Below are positions 29,259-38,572 of a stretch of 64,000 nucleotides of DNA, piece by piece. The DNA is from Deltaproteobacteria bacterium. GTDB lineage: Bacteria; Myxococcota_A; Polyangia; Polyangiales; Polyangiaceae. The position numbers were made by a program, and so were the translations under genes. Location of the stretch: NCBI GenBank assembly GCA_029571025.1, contig JAKPTJ010000044.1:1-64000 (forward strand), in the 5' to 3' direction. How positions within the stretch are numbered: position 1 is the first letter of the stretch; every line of letters begins with the position of its first letter. The notes beneath the pieces are model-generated. The model was given only the letters and a program-made list of their open reading frames with translations, made no database searches and was not told the DNA's origin.

Positions 29259-30101
29259 TCAGCGAAGGCTCGTCGAAGGGGCGGGAGGATTTCCACGTTC
29301 CGGCATGGCACGAGTCTCGCCCGCGTCCACCGCCCCTACGGGTTTCGGCTCTCCCTGCGCGGAACTTGCCCCAGACGCCTGCGCATCACCCAATCTCATG
29401 GAATCGAGCATGTGGACAAACCCTTCCCTCGAAGAATGCACCGTATCCCGCGGACCGAGCAGCTTGAAATAAAATGGTCCGACCGGCGCCACGACAATCG
29501 CGCCAATCAACGCCCACGATGAATGACTTCGAGGTTCCACGCCCGGCTCGAGCCCCATCTCCGACTCTCGATACGTTCCCGATACCTCCACGATATACAC
29601 CGGCATCGAGCCAACCTGTCGACGGGAACGCGTGGTTTGCTGCCCTTCGAAAGAGGATGCCCAGCGATCGAGCGTCTCATCCACTCGCAACGCCGAAGGC
29701 CCAAGATGAAAAATAGATAGCTCCGCAGGCTCACCACCCGGCTTCGATGAGTCCACCCGATACTCCGACAATCGCATCGGACTCGATACCGGCACTTGTA
29801 CCCAATCCGACGGAACATCCCACGTAACCGATGCCTCGCCCTGCATCGCGACCGGTGGTTCTTTTTCGCGCAGCAACGATGAATCCACGGGCGTTGGCAC
29901 ACCGTTCACAAACACCACGGTGAGGTTGCGCGAACCATTGGGACGCTGCGCCGCTGGATCATCGAAACGTGAATCGACGGACGCTGCATGGTTGCAAGCG
30001 ATCGACGCTACCGTGACGATGACCGACGAACCAATCGATCTAAGCAAGAATCGGCAAAGCGACGAGCTGAACATGCAATACCTCGTCGTGGAACGCTCCA
30101 A
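29259..30101 (-). CDS. Secreted/lipoprotein-like hypothetical protein between serA and the MVP gene
   Basis: Hydrophobic N-terminus with Cys (LLRSIGSSVIVTVASIACNHAAS). No recognisable domain. The 5' end overlaps the serA 3' end, so the true start is probably internal. Confidence 0.4.
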   Translation of the reverse strand: MERSTTRYCMFSSSLCRFLLRSIGSSVIVTVASIACNHAASVDSRFDDPAAQRPNGSRNLTVVFVNGVPTPVDSSLLREKEPPVAMQGEASVTWDVPSDWVQVPVSSPMRLSEYRVDSSKPGGEPAELSIFHLGPSALRVDETLDRWASSFEGQQTTRSRRQVGSMPVYIVEVSGTYRESEMGLEPGVEPRSHSSWALIGAIVVAPVGPFYFKLLGPRDTVHSSREGFVHMLDSMRLGDAQASGASSAQGEPKPVGAVDAGETRAMPERGNPPAPSTSLR

Positions 30102-31254
30102 TTTCTTGCAAGCAATGCTCGGTCGGACGCGCCACCACGTTGATCCGTGTGCAAGCGGCAGAGGAATGATCGAATACGTTGGTTTTGAGTTCTTCCACGT
30201 TGATTCCGTGCCTTTTTAGCACATTGAGCGTATTGGCTAGCGCGCCGATTTTGTCGTAATGGCGAACGACAATCTGGTATCTGGCGCTGTGAACGGTTCG
30301 TACATTGACCGCGTTGGGGACAGAGCCTTCCACGAGAAATCCGCGGACGATACGGACGGTTTCAGCGGCCACGGCCCGCTTGGCTTGTTGGGTCTGAGAG
30401 CCGATGTGCGGAGTACCGTACCAGATGACCTCGGGAGCAAAAGCTGGAGGAGCAAACGTTGTCATGGGCACATGGGGAAAGTCTGCGTAGACATCCAGTC
30501 CCACCCGCAAGTTTTTGGCAGGAGCGATTTCGAGCAACGCCTCGTAATCGACAAGCTCGCTTCGAGCCGCGTTGATGAACGTAGCGCCATGAGGAAGCGC
30601 CTCGAGCACGTCCCTGGAAACAATGCCCCGCGTGCGTTCGCTGGCCGCAAGATGAACCGTGAGAACGTCCACTTTCGAAGCAAGATCTTTGGGCGATTTG
30701 ACGCACGTAAGGTCGAACTCTCTCGCACGCGATGCCGTCAGCCCCCGCGACCACGCATACGGGATCATGCCGAACGCTTTCGCACGGCTCAACACCTCGC
30801 GCCCAACCGTCCCCAACCCCATGATGCCGATGCGCTTGCCCTTCAACCCCGACGCTTCCGAAAAGCCGCCTTTTTCCCAGCGCCCAGCACGAACCGATTC
30901 CACCGCATCCGGGATCCGACGATCCAACGACAAGATCAGCCCCATCGTGAGTTCCGCCACGGCCACCGCATTCATGCCCTTGCACGAGGCAACATAAATG
31001 CCCCTCGTCGAAGCTGCTTCGACATCGATGTTGCCAACCCCATGACCCGCTCGCACGATGAGATTGAGTTGGTTGGATGCATCAATGGTTTTTGCGGTGA
31101 CCCTTTTGGATCGAACGACAAGGATGCCAACGTTGTGAATGGCATCGGGTAAGGTTTCACTATCGATCTCGGGTTCGTAGATCACCTCGGCTCCAAGGTG
31201 TCTCAATTCCTCGATCCCAAGAGGATGAAGGGTATCAGCAATGAGAAGACGCAT
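30040..31254 (-). CDS. serA: D-3-phosphoglycerate dehydrogenase (D-isomer 2-hydroxyacid dehydrogenase + C-terminal ACT domain)
   Basis: MRLLIADTLHPLGIEEL... NAD-binding GIMGLGTVG. Catalytic Arg/Glu/His region (RSELVDY...PHIGSQT). About 80-aa C-terminal ACT-like domain (YQIVVRHYDKIGALANTLNVLKRHGINV). Confidence 0.85.
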   Translation of the reverse strand: MRLLIADTLHPLGIEELRHLGAEVIYEPEIDSETLPDAIHNVGILVVRSKRVTAKTIDASNQLNLIVRAGHGVGNIDVEAASTRGIYVASCKGMNAVAVAELTMGLILSLDRRIPDAVESVRAGRWEKGGFSEASGLKGKRIGIMGLGTVGREVLSRAKAFGMIPYAWSRGLTASRAREFDLTCVKSPKDLASKVDVLTVHLAASERTRGIVSRDVLEALPHGATFINAARSELVDYEALLEIAPAKNLRVGLDVYADFPHVPMTTFAPPAFAPEVIWYGTPHIGSQTQQAKRAVAAETVRIVRGFLVEGSVPNAVNVRTVHSARYQIVVRHYDKIGALANTLNVLKRHGINVEELKTNVFDHSSAACTRINVVARPTEHCLQEIGAFHDEVLHVQLVALPILA

Positions 31255-31454
31255 GATGGCAGACCGTCAAGGTATCACAGGCCATGAACGTTTCCCATGC
31301 CGCCGATCAAGCGCTCATGGATTTACCCTTACCGTATCCTTGTCCGCGAAAAGCTAGCTGTCATTTCTCACAACCACCATCTTGACCCTTGCCGATGCGC
31401 GGGCTTGGCAAGGTGGTTTCGTGGTCACCGCCCGGAACATCGCACGCCGGTGGT

Positions 31455-32810
31455 CTATTTTTTTCGCGCAATGAGATCACTCAACAAAAGCTGATACGCA
31501 ATCGACAAGGCTCGATCCCCTCGCCCCACCGGATTGCTCGGCACATGCCTCGGAATCATGATCTCACTGGTCGTCGCAGTAGAAGGCGAGGAAACTCGCG
31601 GCGCCGCGTTCGGTGAAGCAAGATGTCCCTCGATATCTTGCTCACGAACAATGGGAAAACCATCTCCCGAGCCCGGTTGCTGCACGGCTACGCCCGGCGT
31701 TATCCCCTCCGCCTGAATCGTTCTGCCCAGCGGCGTGTAGTACAACGTTGTCGTAAGCTTGAGCGCCGCCCCCTCCGGCAACTCCACAATGCTTTGCACG
31801 GACCCTTTTCCAAATGTCTTCGCTCCCACGATGATCCCTCTGCCGTGATCTTGTATAGCCCCGGCCACAAGCTCCGCCGCACTCGCCGTCAATTCGTTGA
31901 CCAACACCGCTAGCGGAAGACGACTCGCCGCACCACCCAATGACGCCGTCACCTCGTCCAACACTCGACCACGAGCGCGCGTCGTAAAGATGATACCCCC
32001 ATCGAGCAACTCATCCGCCACCTGCGCCGATTCGTGAACAAGACCTCCGGGATTGGCGCGCAAGTCCAAAATCATGCCTTCAAGAGGCTCGTCTCGCTGC
32101 AAACGCAAGTCCCCAAGCACCTGCAAAAACTCCTGATGAGTGCCCCGTTGAAACTGCTTGATGCCCACATACGCCACGTTGCCCTCGAGACGTTTCCCGA
32201 TCACACTTCGCACGTGGACCTGCGCGCGCACAATGCGCACACGAAGCGGTTGCGCCACCCCAGGACGACGAAGCAGAAGCGATACGGGTGTTCCTTGCTG
32301 ACCACGAATGCGTCGCACGACTTGGTCGAGCGGCTTGGCTTGGGTAGGCCAATCATCGATGGCAATCACTTGATCACCCGGACGCAAACCGGCACGCTCC
32401 GCAGGCGATCCTTCCATGGGACGAATCACAGTGATGAGCCCATCGCGTGCATCCACTTCCACACCGATCCCTACGAAATGCCCCTCGGTGTCATTTCGAA
32501 ACTCTTCATATTCTTTCGGCGAAAGATAGGAAGAATGCGGATCAAGTTCAGCCACCATCCCCTTGACCGCGCCCTCCACCATCCTCGCTCGATCGACAGG
32601 TTGGACATAGTGATTCTCAACCAACACCAAAACGCGAGCCAATTGCTCGACCAGATGAAAGGGACTCTGCGACTGGGATTGCGCCCGCAGGGGGCCCGCT
32701 CCCAAAAATACGAAAAGAAAAGATATAAGAGAAACAATTCTTCCCCGCCTCTTCGCCCTTCCCCGAGCGCACAATTGCTCAAATTCGCTACACAAACTCA
32801 AATTTTTCAT
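31455..32810 (-). CDS. ctpA: Carboxyl-terminal processing protease (S41A, PDZ-containing)
   Basis: Signal peptide. PDZ region (GLRPGDQVIAIDD). S41 catalytic block LDLRANPGGLV ... TASAAELVAGAIQDHGRGIIVGAKTFGKGSVQ (Ser/Lys dyad context). Confidence 0.85.
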   Translation of the reverse strand: MKNLSLCSEFEQLCARGRAKRRGRIVSLISFLFVFLGAGPLRAQSQSQSPFHLVEQLARVLVLVENHYVQPVDRARMVEGAVKGMVAELDPHSSYLSPKEYEEFRNDTEGHFVGIGVEVDARDGLITVIRPMEGSPAERAGLRPGDQVIAIDDWPTQAKPLDQVVRRIRGQQGTPVSLLLRRPGVAQPLRVRIVRAQVHVRSVIGKRLEGNVAYVGIKQFQRGTHQEFLQVLGDLRLQRDEPLEGMILDLRANPGGLVHESAQVADELLDGGIIFTTRARGRVLDEVTASLGGAASRLPLAVLVNELTASAAELVAGAIQDHGRGIIVGAKTFGKGSVQSIVELPEGAALKLTTTLYYTPLGRTIQAEGITPGVAVQQPGSGDGFPIVREQDIEGHLASPNAAPRVSSPSTATTSEIMIPRHVPSNPVGRGDRALSIAYQLLLSDLIARKK

Positions 32811-32880
32811 GGGGGCAGCCTACGCCAATCCGCGCCCGATGCACGCGCCCTTTGATCTTCTATCGTAGCAGAGGTACTTT

Positions 32881-33156
32881 GTGCCCTGCCGATGTGGCGC
32901 TGGCTACGACATGTATGACGGAGGTCCCCGTTCGATGGGCGATAAGGAAAATCTCAAATACGAAGCTTCGAAGACAGACAAACGCAAGCAGAGCCTCTAC
33001 TTCCCAGAGGCCATGCTTCAAGAGATCAAGGAAGAGGCAGCCCGTCTCGACCGATCTCTTTCTTGGATCGTTCAACGAGCATGGAAAATTGCGCGCCCCG
33101 ATCTTCGCAAACTTCCAAGCGTCAATGAAATCCCCGACGACGAAACGGACGGCTGA
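32881..33156 (+). CDS. Small ribbon-helix-helix-like (CopG/Arc-type) protein
   Basis: KRKQSLYFPEAMLQEIKEEAARLDRSLSWIVQRAW has the beta-strand + two-helix pattern of RHH DNA-binding proteins. The start is likely the internal MGDKENL. Confidence 0.45.
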   Translation: MPCRCGAGYDMYDGGPRSMGDKENLKYEASKTDKRKQSLYFPEAMLQEIKEEAARLDRSLSWIVQRAWKIARPDLRKLPSVNEIPDDETDG

Positions 33157-33194
33157 TTGTTTGATCGCTCGAACGCAAAAATGAACCTCGTGAG

Positions 33195-33662
33195 GTGATG
33201 CCAAGACATCATGCGCGGTTCGACGTTTGCCTCGATTGGCCCCCGAAGAAATTGGCTTTCCCCATGGAGATGAGAACCATCAAAACGTGGTTGGACTCCT
33301 TCGGATGGCAATTTCTCACGATGGATGAAACGACCCTTCGTATCTTTCGCAACGAAAACGATGATGTCGATTTCTTTCTTCGCAACACCTCCCACTGGAT
33401 CCTGTTGAAGATCGTCCCCGCAATCCCCCCCACCCTCACCAAACCAAGCGATATCACCCGTCGATTGCTTGCCGTCAATCGCGACATGCGGCTCGCCAAG
33501 CATACCCTCACCAAAGAGGGTGATATCGCATTGGCTGTCGAACTACCCAAAGATTCTCTCGAACCCGCCGTGCTTCGAGATGCCATCGAACGAATGCACC
33601 GGTATATCAGCCATTACCGATCCTACTTGTCCATCGTTCCACCACCGTGGTTCCACTCCTAA
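33195..33662 (+). CDS. YbjN-like (putative sensory-transduction regulator/T3SS-chaperone-like) protein
   Basis: IKTWLDSFGWQF...FRNENDDVDFFLR...WILLKIV...LLAVNRDMRLAKHTLTKEGDIALAVELP follows the YbjN-domain pattern (tandem alpha/beta, two pseudo-repeats). The start is likely the internal MEMRT. Confidence 0.45.
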   Translation: MMPRHHARFDVCLDWPPKKLAFPMEMRTIKTWLDSFGWQFLTMDETTLRIFRNENDDVDFFLRNTSHWILLKIVPAIPPTLTKPSDITRRLLAVNRDMRLAKHTLTKEGDIALAVELPKDSLEPAVLRDAIERMHRYISHYRSYLSIVPPPWFHS

Positions 33663-33678
33663 CCACACCTATTCGAAT

Positions 33679-34977
33679 TCATCGCTGCTCGATCACGATT
33701 CGCCCTTGATCGCGATGAACGATGAGACCTTCTTCCCCAATACAACCCCAACAACTACTCCAAGTCAGACGATTTTTCACCCAGCCGTTGAATCCAAGCA
33801 CGATCGGCCCTGGATCGTTTTTGAGCACGAACGTCGATGCTATCCGATAACGGTCATCGGGCAGACGATGGAACGCCGCGATGAACGACGATCCAGACGC
33901 TCCCAAACCCGCCATGACCAACAGCTCTTCGCCGAGTGCCGGGCTCCACAACAAGGGGCTGGTCGTCAGTGTATTGCCTTGCCTTCCCGCGTCGCCGCGA
34001 GCCACCACTCGGTTGACATCGTCGGGCTCTTGAAAAAACTTCACCTCACCAAGATCCGCAAGCTGTGGAACCGTCCTGAGCATGCTCGCTACCTGGGAAG
34101 CATCGAGCTTGGCTCTGCGAAACGTCGGCAGCGTGGGAGGCTTCGAGACACGCGCCGCATTGGCCGCACCTCCACAACAACGAAACCCCAGATCCATCCC
34201 CTGGGCTTGCGCATCCGCAAGCTCCCTTCGCGCACAACGATGCTCCGTATCCGCTACACCCTTCCTTCCTCCACGCAACACCGCCGAGGTCTTGCTCTCA
34301 CCATCGCCCACATCCCAATCACTCGAGGTCCATTCGCGAATCGTTCCCATGCCCACCACATCGAATCCGCTCGCACACGCCTGCGGCTGTTTTTCGCACG
34401 CCCCATCCCATCCTTGACCCGTGGAATAGGCATTCTCTTCCGGCCCCTTACACGCTCGCTCCCACTCCAATTCCGTACACAACCGCTGCTTGCGCTCCGC
34501 ACATAACTGCTCGGCCTCACGTCGTGTCACCCCCGTGCGAGGTTCCATCGACGGATCATTGGGATATGGTAGCCGATCGATCGAATAGGCCCCAAGTTCC
34601 ACCTTGACCAACGCGGGCTCCAAGGAAGCGTCTCTGCCTCGATCCCCAGGCGTGCTTCCAGACAAAAACGCTCCACTCGGTATGTCGACCTTTTGCCCCA
34701 CCTCGAGTTTCTTGTTCACCGGACGATGCGTTCCCGCTGCCTCAGATTGCTCCGGCGCCGCCGACAAAACCACCGTCGAAGACGGCCGAATCTCCGTACT
34801 TTGCTCCTGCGGCGAGTCGGAAGATGCCCCCTTCGACTTGCAACTCCCAAGCACGAGCAACCATAACGCGATCGCTCCCAGGCACATTCGGTCCATATCG
34901 TATCGCTTCATTCGCACTGCCATCCCTATGCCTCGACCCATGCGTTTCGTCAAAGACCGAGCTAGACTTTCCCCCAA
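33679..34977 (-). CDS. Lipoprotein with formylglycine-generating-enzyme (SUMF1/EgtB/PvdO) family domain
   Basis: Lipoprotein signal (LLVLGSCKS). RREAEQLCAERKQRLCTELEWERACKGPE...GTIREWTSSDWD...LRGG matches the FGE-sulfatase motifs (EAEWExA, WEWT). Confidence 0.65.
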   Translation of the reverse strand: MGESLARSLTKRMGRGIGMAVRMKRYDMDRMCLGAIALWLLVLGSCKSKGASSDSPQEQSTEIRPSSTVVLSAAPEQSEAAGTHRPVNKKLEVGQKVDIPSGAFLSGSTPGDRGRDASLEPALVKVELGAYSIDRLPYPNDPSMEPRTGVTRREAEQLCAERKQRLCTELEWERACKGPEENAYSTGQGWDGACEKQPQACASGFDVVGMGTIREWTSSDWDVGDGESKTSAVLRGGRKGVADTEHRCARRELADAQAQGMDLGFRCCGGAANAARVSKPPTLPTFRRAKLDASQVASMLRTVPQLADLGEVKFFQEPDDVNRVVARGDAGRQGNTLTTSPLLWSPALGEELLVMAGLGASGSSFIAAFHRLPDDRYRIASTFVLKNDPGPIVLGFNGWVKNRLTWSSCWGCIGEEGLIVHRDQGRIVIEQR

Positions 34978-35233
34978 TGCCTCACCTCATGGCTTCCCAA
35001 ATGGCTCAACTGCTCGTCGATAGCGATCTCGACGAGTTGCAAGAGATCGTTGCGCGTTGGATCCAAGACGCCCCCTCGGATTCTTTCCGTCTTCGCTATC
35101 AGCAGTTCGGAACCCATCTATTGCAACTCAAACGCCAGCTCATGAGCTTGCCCGAACCTCCCCAACGAGAAGATCTCGAAACCGCACTGCAGATGATGCT
35201 GGAGTTCGCCGCACAACAAAAAGAGCCGCGAGG

Positions 35234-36604
35234 CTAAATCGTTCGTCTTCGAGCAGAGACTCGAGTTCCCATATCCCTCTTTCCATCATCGCGTTTCGCA
35301 CGCCGAAATCGGGATGCCGATCCCATGAGCAGCAGCATACCCAACCCAAACCACCCGGCAGAATGAGATACGGGCGCGTAGGCACATCCACCAGACTCCG
35401 GTGGGCTATACACCGACCCCGCGCTCTTCTCCTTGAAACATACTCCTACCTCCGGCGCGCAGGAAAACCCGACCGGACACTCCCCCTGCAGACCACAGAG
35501 CGGCGAGCAGTAATTCTTGCCATCGTTCACACAACGAAGCCCCTCCGCACAATCCTCGGGTGCCGAGCACGGCTCGTTCATAAAACAATAGCCACTGCCC
35601 GCTCCCACGTCCCCGCACGTTTGTCCCGAAGCACAATTCGGCGCTGCCAGATCACACGACCGCGTGCAATACTGACCATGAAATCCCTGCACACACGTCA
35701 ACCCCTCGGGACATACCCCATCGTTGCATAACTCCAGCCTCGGCGTCCCATCGTATTGCTTCCCCTCCTCGCTCGTATACGTGGTTCCAGCGAGACGCAC
35801 GGCTTCATCGATCAATGCCTTGAACCGATCCGTGCGCGTCCAGATGTTGTCATCCCCCATACAGTTCAACCCCCGAGAGGTCACCCCTATCACCGCATGA
35901 TTCGCCGAAATCGCTGGTCCTCCCGAGTCTCCCTGGCAAATCGACTGCGTTCCCGTAAAATCCGCGTCCCCGGTACCCATGACGAACCGCAATACTTTCA
36001 CGCCATCCCGACGATATCGCACGCCCGAACTGTTCATATCCTTCGGGTCCGTCAAACCATAGCCCACCGCCGTGAATACCTCGCCAATCTCCGGTCCCTT
36101 GTTCACACGCACCCGCAGCGGAACGATCGGAATCTGAGACTGCGTCTCGCCCGTCACGTCATCCTTGTCCAACACAATCAAAGCCAAATCATGTCCACAC
36201 AAACTCGTCGAACCGTCGTGAACGATATGCTTACCTTTCGCCAACTTTCCTTGTGGATTGTGAGCAGCATCATACCCCCGCATGATCAACAGCGTCTGCG
36301 GATCCAAATCCGATATCACGTCTTGATAACAATCCACGTATTCCGTGGTCTTGGATACGCAGTGCCGGGCGGTCAGAACAACGTTCGGCGCGATGAGGGC
36401 GCCAGTACATAACCCCCCTCCAAAAATGCTCGTCCCGGCGTAGATCATCACCACGGCATCGTTTTCCTGTGGCGTATCCACAACGCCCCCCACAATCGGT
36501 TGCACCTGCTGCGCGACAGGCTCCAGTGACGGCTCGGAGGAACCACAGGCAAAACAAGCAACAGCATAAGACCCGAAACCCAAATATTTTACAAACCAAC
36601 GCAT
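35234..36604 (-). CDS. Secreted trypsin-like (S1) serine protease with Cys-rich spacer and C-terminal MYXO-CTERM-like tail
   Basis: Start ATG 36604 (MRWFVKYLGFGSYAVACFACGSS). LTARHCV (His), D, and CQGDSGGPA (Ser) catalytic triad motifs. Cys-rich EGF-like region. C-terminal GGCAYAP...WFGLGMLLLMGSASRFRRAKR sorting-signal-like tail. Confidence 0.8.
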   Translation of the reverse strand: MRWFVKYLGFGSYAVACFACGSSEPSLEPVAQQVQPIVGGVVDTPQENDAVVMIYAGTSIFGGGLCTGALIAPNVVLTARHCVSKTTEYVDCYQDVISDLDPQTLLIMRGYDAAHNPQGKLAKGKHIVHDGSTSLCGHDLALIVLDKDDVTGETQSQIPIVPLRVRVNKGPEIGEVFTAVGYGLTDPKDMNSSGVRYRRDGVKVLRFVMGTGDADFTGTQSICQGDSGGPAISANHAVIGVTSRGLNCMGDDNIWTRTDRFKALIDEAVRLAGTTYTSEEGKQYDGTPRLELCNDGVCPEGLTCVQGFHGQYCTRSCDLAAPNCASGQTCGDVGAGSGYCFMNEPCSAPEDCAEGLRCVNDGKNYCSPLCGLQGECPVGFSCAPEVGVCFKEKSAGSVYSPPESGGCAYAPVSHSAGWFGLGMLLLMGSASRFRRAKRDDGKRDMGTRVSARRRTI

Positions 36605-37071
36605 GCTCGACAGCCTAGTCGCACGTCGATACGGTGGCCACCACAACACCCATTATTCCTGGCAAATACCACCGTGATCGGTGCAATCCCTGCGCCCGTG
36701 CCATGCCACCAAACCCTTCGCGAAAATGTCGAATAGTCTCCCCCTTTTTCGTCCGCATGCACCAGCCCGTCATGCATCGGTACACGGATGCACCCGAGCG
36801 CCCACTCTCCTGTCGCAAGGCCGTGACTGCCCCGAGAGGTATGCGTCAAATGGCCGTAAAACCCAATACTGTCGTAGAAATCGGTCGCGCAACCCCGGGC
36901 CCGCAAAACGTCGCGTGAAAGATGGAGACGACAACCGAAAAATATCTCGTCCTGAACCTGATAAGGCCTGCCTCCCTGCAAGGACAGCATGCCTCCAAGC
37001 CTGATACAAGTTCGAGACGCCTCTCGAGTGTGCCCGTAATATCGATCCGTAATACAATCAAGCCCCGCCAC
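36589..37071 (-). CDS. Possible L,D-transpeptidase (YkuD) catalytic-domain protein or remnant
   Basis: FYGHLTHTSRGSHGLATGEWALGCIRVPMHD resembles the YkuD H-G-(T/S)...S-H-G-C-[IV]-R motif. Short ORF in an otherwise ORF-poor 650-nt gap. Low confidence. Confidence 0.3.
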   Translation of the reverse strand: MAGLDCITDRYYGHTREASRTCIRLGGMLSLQGGRPYQVQDEIFFGCRLHLSRDVLRARGCATDFYDSIGFYGHLTHTSRGSHGLATGEWALGCIRVPMHDGLVHADEKGGDYSTFSRRVWWHGTGAGIAPITVVFARNNGCCGGHRIDVRLGCRACVGL

Positions 37072-37243
37072 AGCGATAGCTTGAATGGCCTAATCACCCA
37101 TCTGGGTCCTCGATGCGGAATCCCGTTCTCAGTCCAATTCAATACGTTAGACAAACGGCCCCCTCGGCCTTCTCCAACCTCCCGCCAGCGTTCTCGCTTC
37201 TCCAAGCAGCTTCTCCCACCCAATTCCCGATACCGGAGGGAAA

Positions 37244-38572
37244 TCACACCCCGGAAAACTGCACTTCATGGAACCGCATCGAAGGGGTCCGTGCCCCACG
37301 ATACGGGTATGGATCCGAACCAAGCTCCGCCAAGGCTTGCCAGAACGTGAGGTGGTTGCCCGCAAGATTCATTTCGGCCACGGGTTTGACGATACGCCCG
37401 GACTCCACCCAATGCCCCCGGATGCCAATCGAAAAATCACCCGTCGCTGCATTGGAATTGCCCCCGGAAAACCCCGTGACGAGGATTCCTCTTCCCATCG
37501 TGCGCAACAATCCCGCAAGATCTTGTTTTCCTTTGGGAAATACTAGATTGCTCGTCTCCCCGACCGTCGGCTCCCACCCCAATTTGGAAGCGTAATAGGT
37601 ATCCAACAAATACGTTCGCAAAACTCCTTTTTCGAAAATCGGACGACGTCGGGTGCTCATCCCTTCGTAATCATACGTTCGAGAAGCCGCCCCCTTTGGC
37701 AGCAGAGGGTCATCGTCGATGTGAAGGAGGATCGACCCCACCTTTTCTCCGAGTTTACCCGACATATACGAGCGTTTTTGCTGCAAGGAGTTGCCCCCCA
37801 ACGGCCCCAATAGCCCCCCGAGCAAACGATCCGCCACCCGGTTCTCAATGATACAAGGATACTTACCACTCTTCCAAGGGGTTTCTCCAATCCCCGCCAA
37901 CGCCCTTCGCACCGCTTCTTTGCCCATGAGGTCCATCGAAGGAAGTTCGGCATAATGATGAGTAGCAGCGTAGTCTCCCCCGGAAGGTTTTCGATCCCCT
38001 TCGCCTCGAACCGTAGCGGAAGCCGAGCGAGCGAAAACCGAAGATTCCCGCTCGCCTTTCGTGCCCTGACTATCCCTCATCGCGCTCATCGTGTGGTAGA
38101 CACGCATCGCTCCCGTAGCCGAAAGGATGAGATCCGCGCCCTCGGCCTGCCGCATCGCTCGTTCCAGCTCCATCGCCTGCTTTTTTTGCGCCGCACCGTC
38201 GATGACACCAAGATTGTCCCTGTCCAACAGCAGAAGATCGCCCTCAAACCTCTCTTGGCAGCGCTCCAAAGGGGGAAGCTTGCGATGGGGATCCGGCTGA
38301 AGCACCTTGGTCATCGCCACCGACTCGGCCACGAAAAGCTCCATGGCTTCCGGACGCAAATCGCTTGTCGTGTGGGAAGAATAACGCCCATCGACAAATA
38401 AGGAGATGGAAAGGCCCTTGTGGACAGACTCACGCAAGCGGTCGAGCTTCCCATCGCGCCACTCCACACCACTTTCCCGCATGCGCCATACGCTTGCCCG
38501 CGCCGCCGCTGCGCCCTGCCGTTTCGCCAAAATAAGCGCATTTTCAACAAGTTGCATAAGCGTCGCGTTCAT
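37244..38572 (-). CDS. pmbA: PmbA/TldE-family protein (peptidase U62 partner subunit)
   Basis: Start ATG 38572 overlaps the tldD stop (ATGA). MNATLMQLVENALILAKRQGA...VEWRDGKLDRL... is a typical TldE/PmbA N-terminus. The C-terminal domain is conserved. It lacks HExxxH and has no signal peptide. Confidence 0.8.
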   Translation of the reverse strand: MNATLMQLVENALILAKRQGAAAARASVWRMRESGVEWRDGKLDRLRESVHKGLSISLFVDGRYSSHTTSDLRPEAMELFVAESVAMTKVLQPDPHRKLPPLERCQERFEGDLLLLDRDNLGVIDGAAQKKQAMELERAMRQAEGADLILSATGAMRVYHTMSAMRDSQGTKGERESSVFARSASATVRGEGDRKPSGGDYAATHHYAELPSMDLMGKEAVRRALAGIGETPWKSGKYPCIIENRVADRLLGGLLGPLGGNSLQQKRSYMSGKLGEKVGSILLHIDDDPLLPKGAASRTYDYEGMSTRRRPIFEKGVLRTYLLDTYYASKLGWEPTVGETSNLVFPKGKQDLAGLLRTMGRGILVTGFSGGNSNAATGDFSIGIRGHWVESGRIVKPVAEMNLAGNHLTFWQALAELGSDPYPYRGARTPSMRFHEVQFSGV

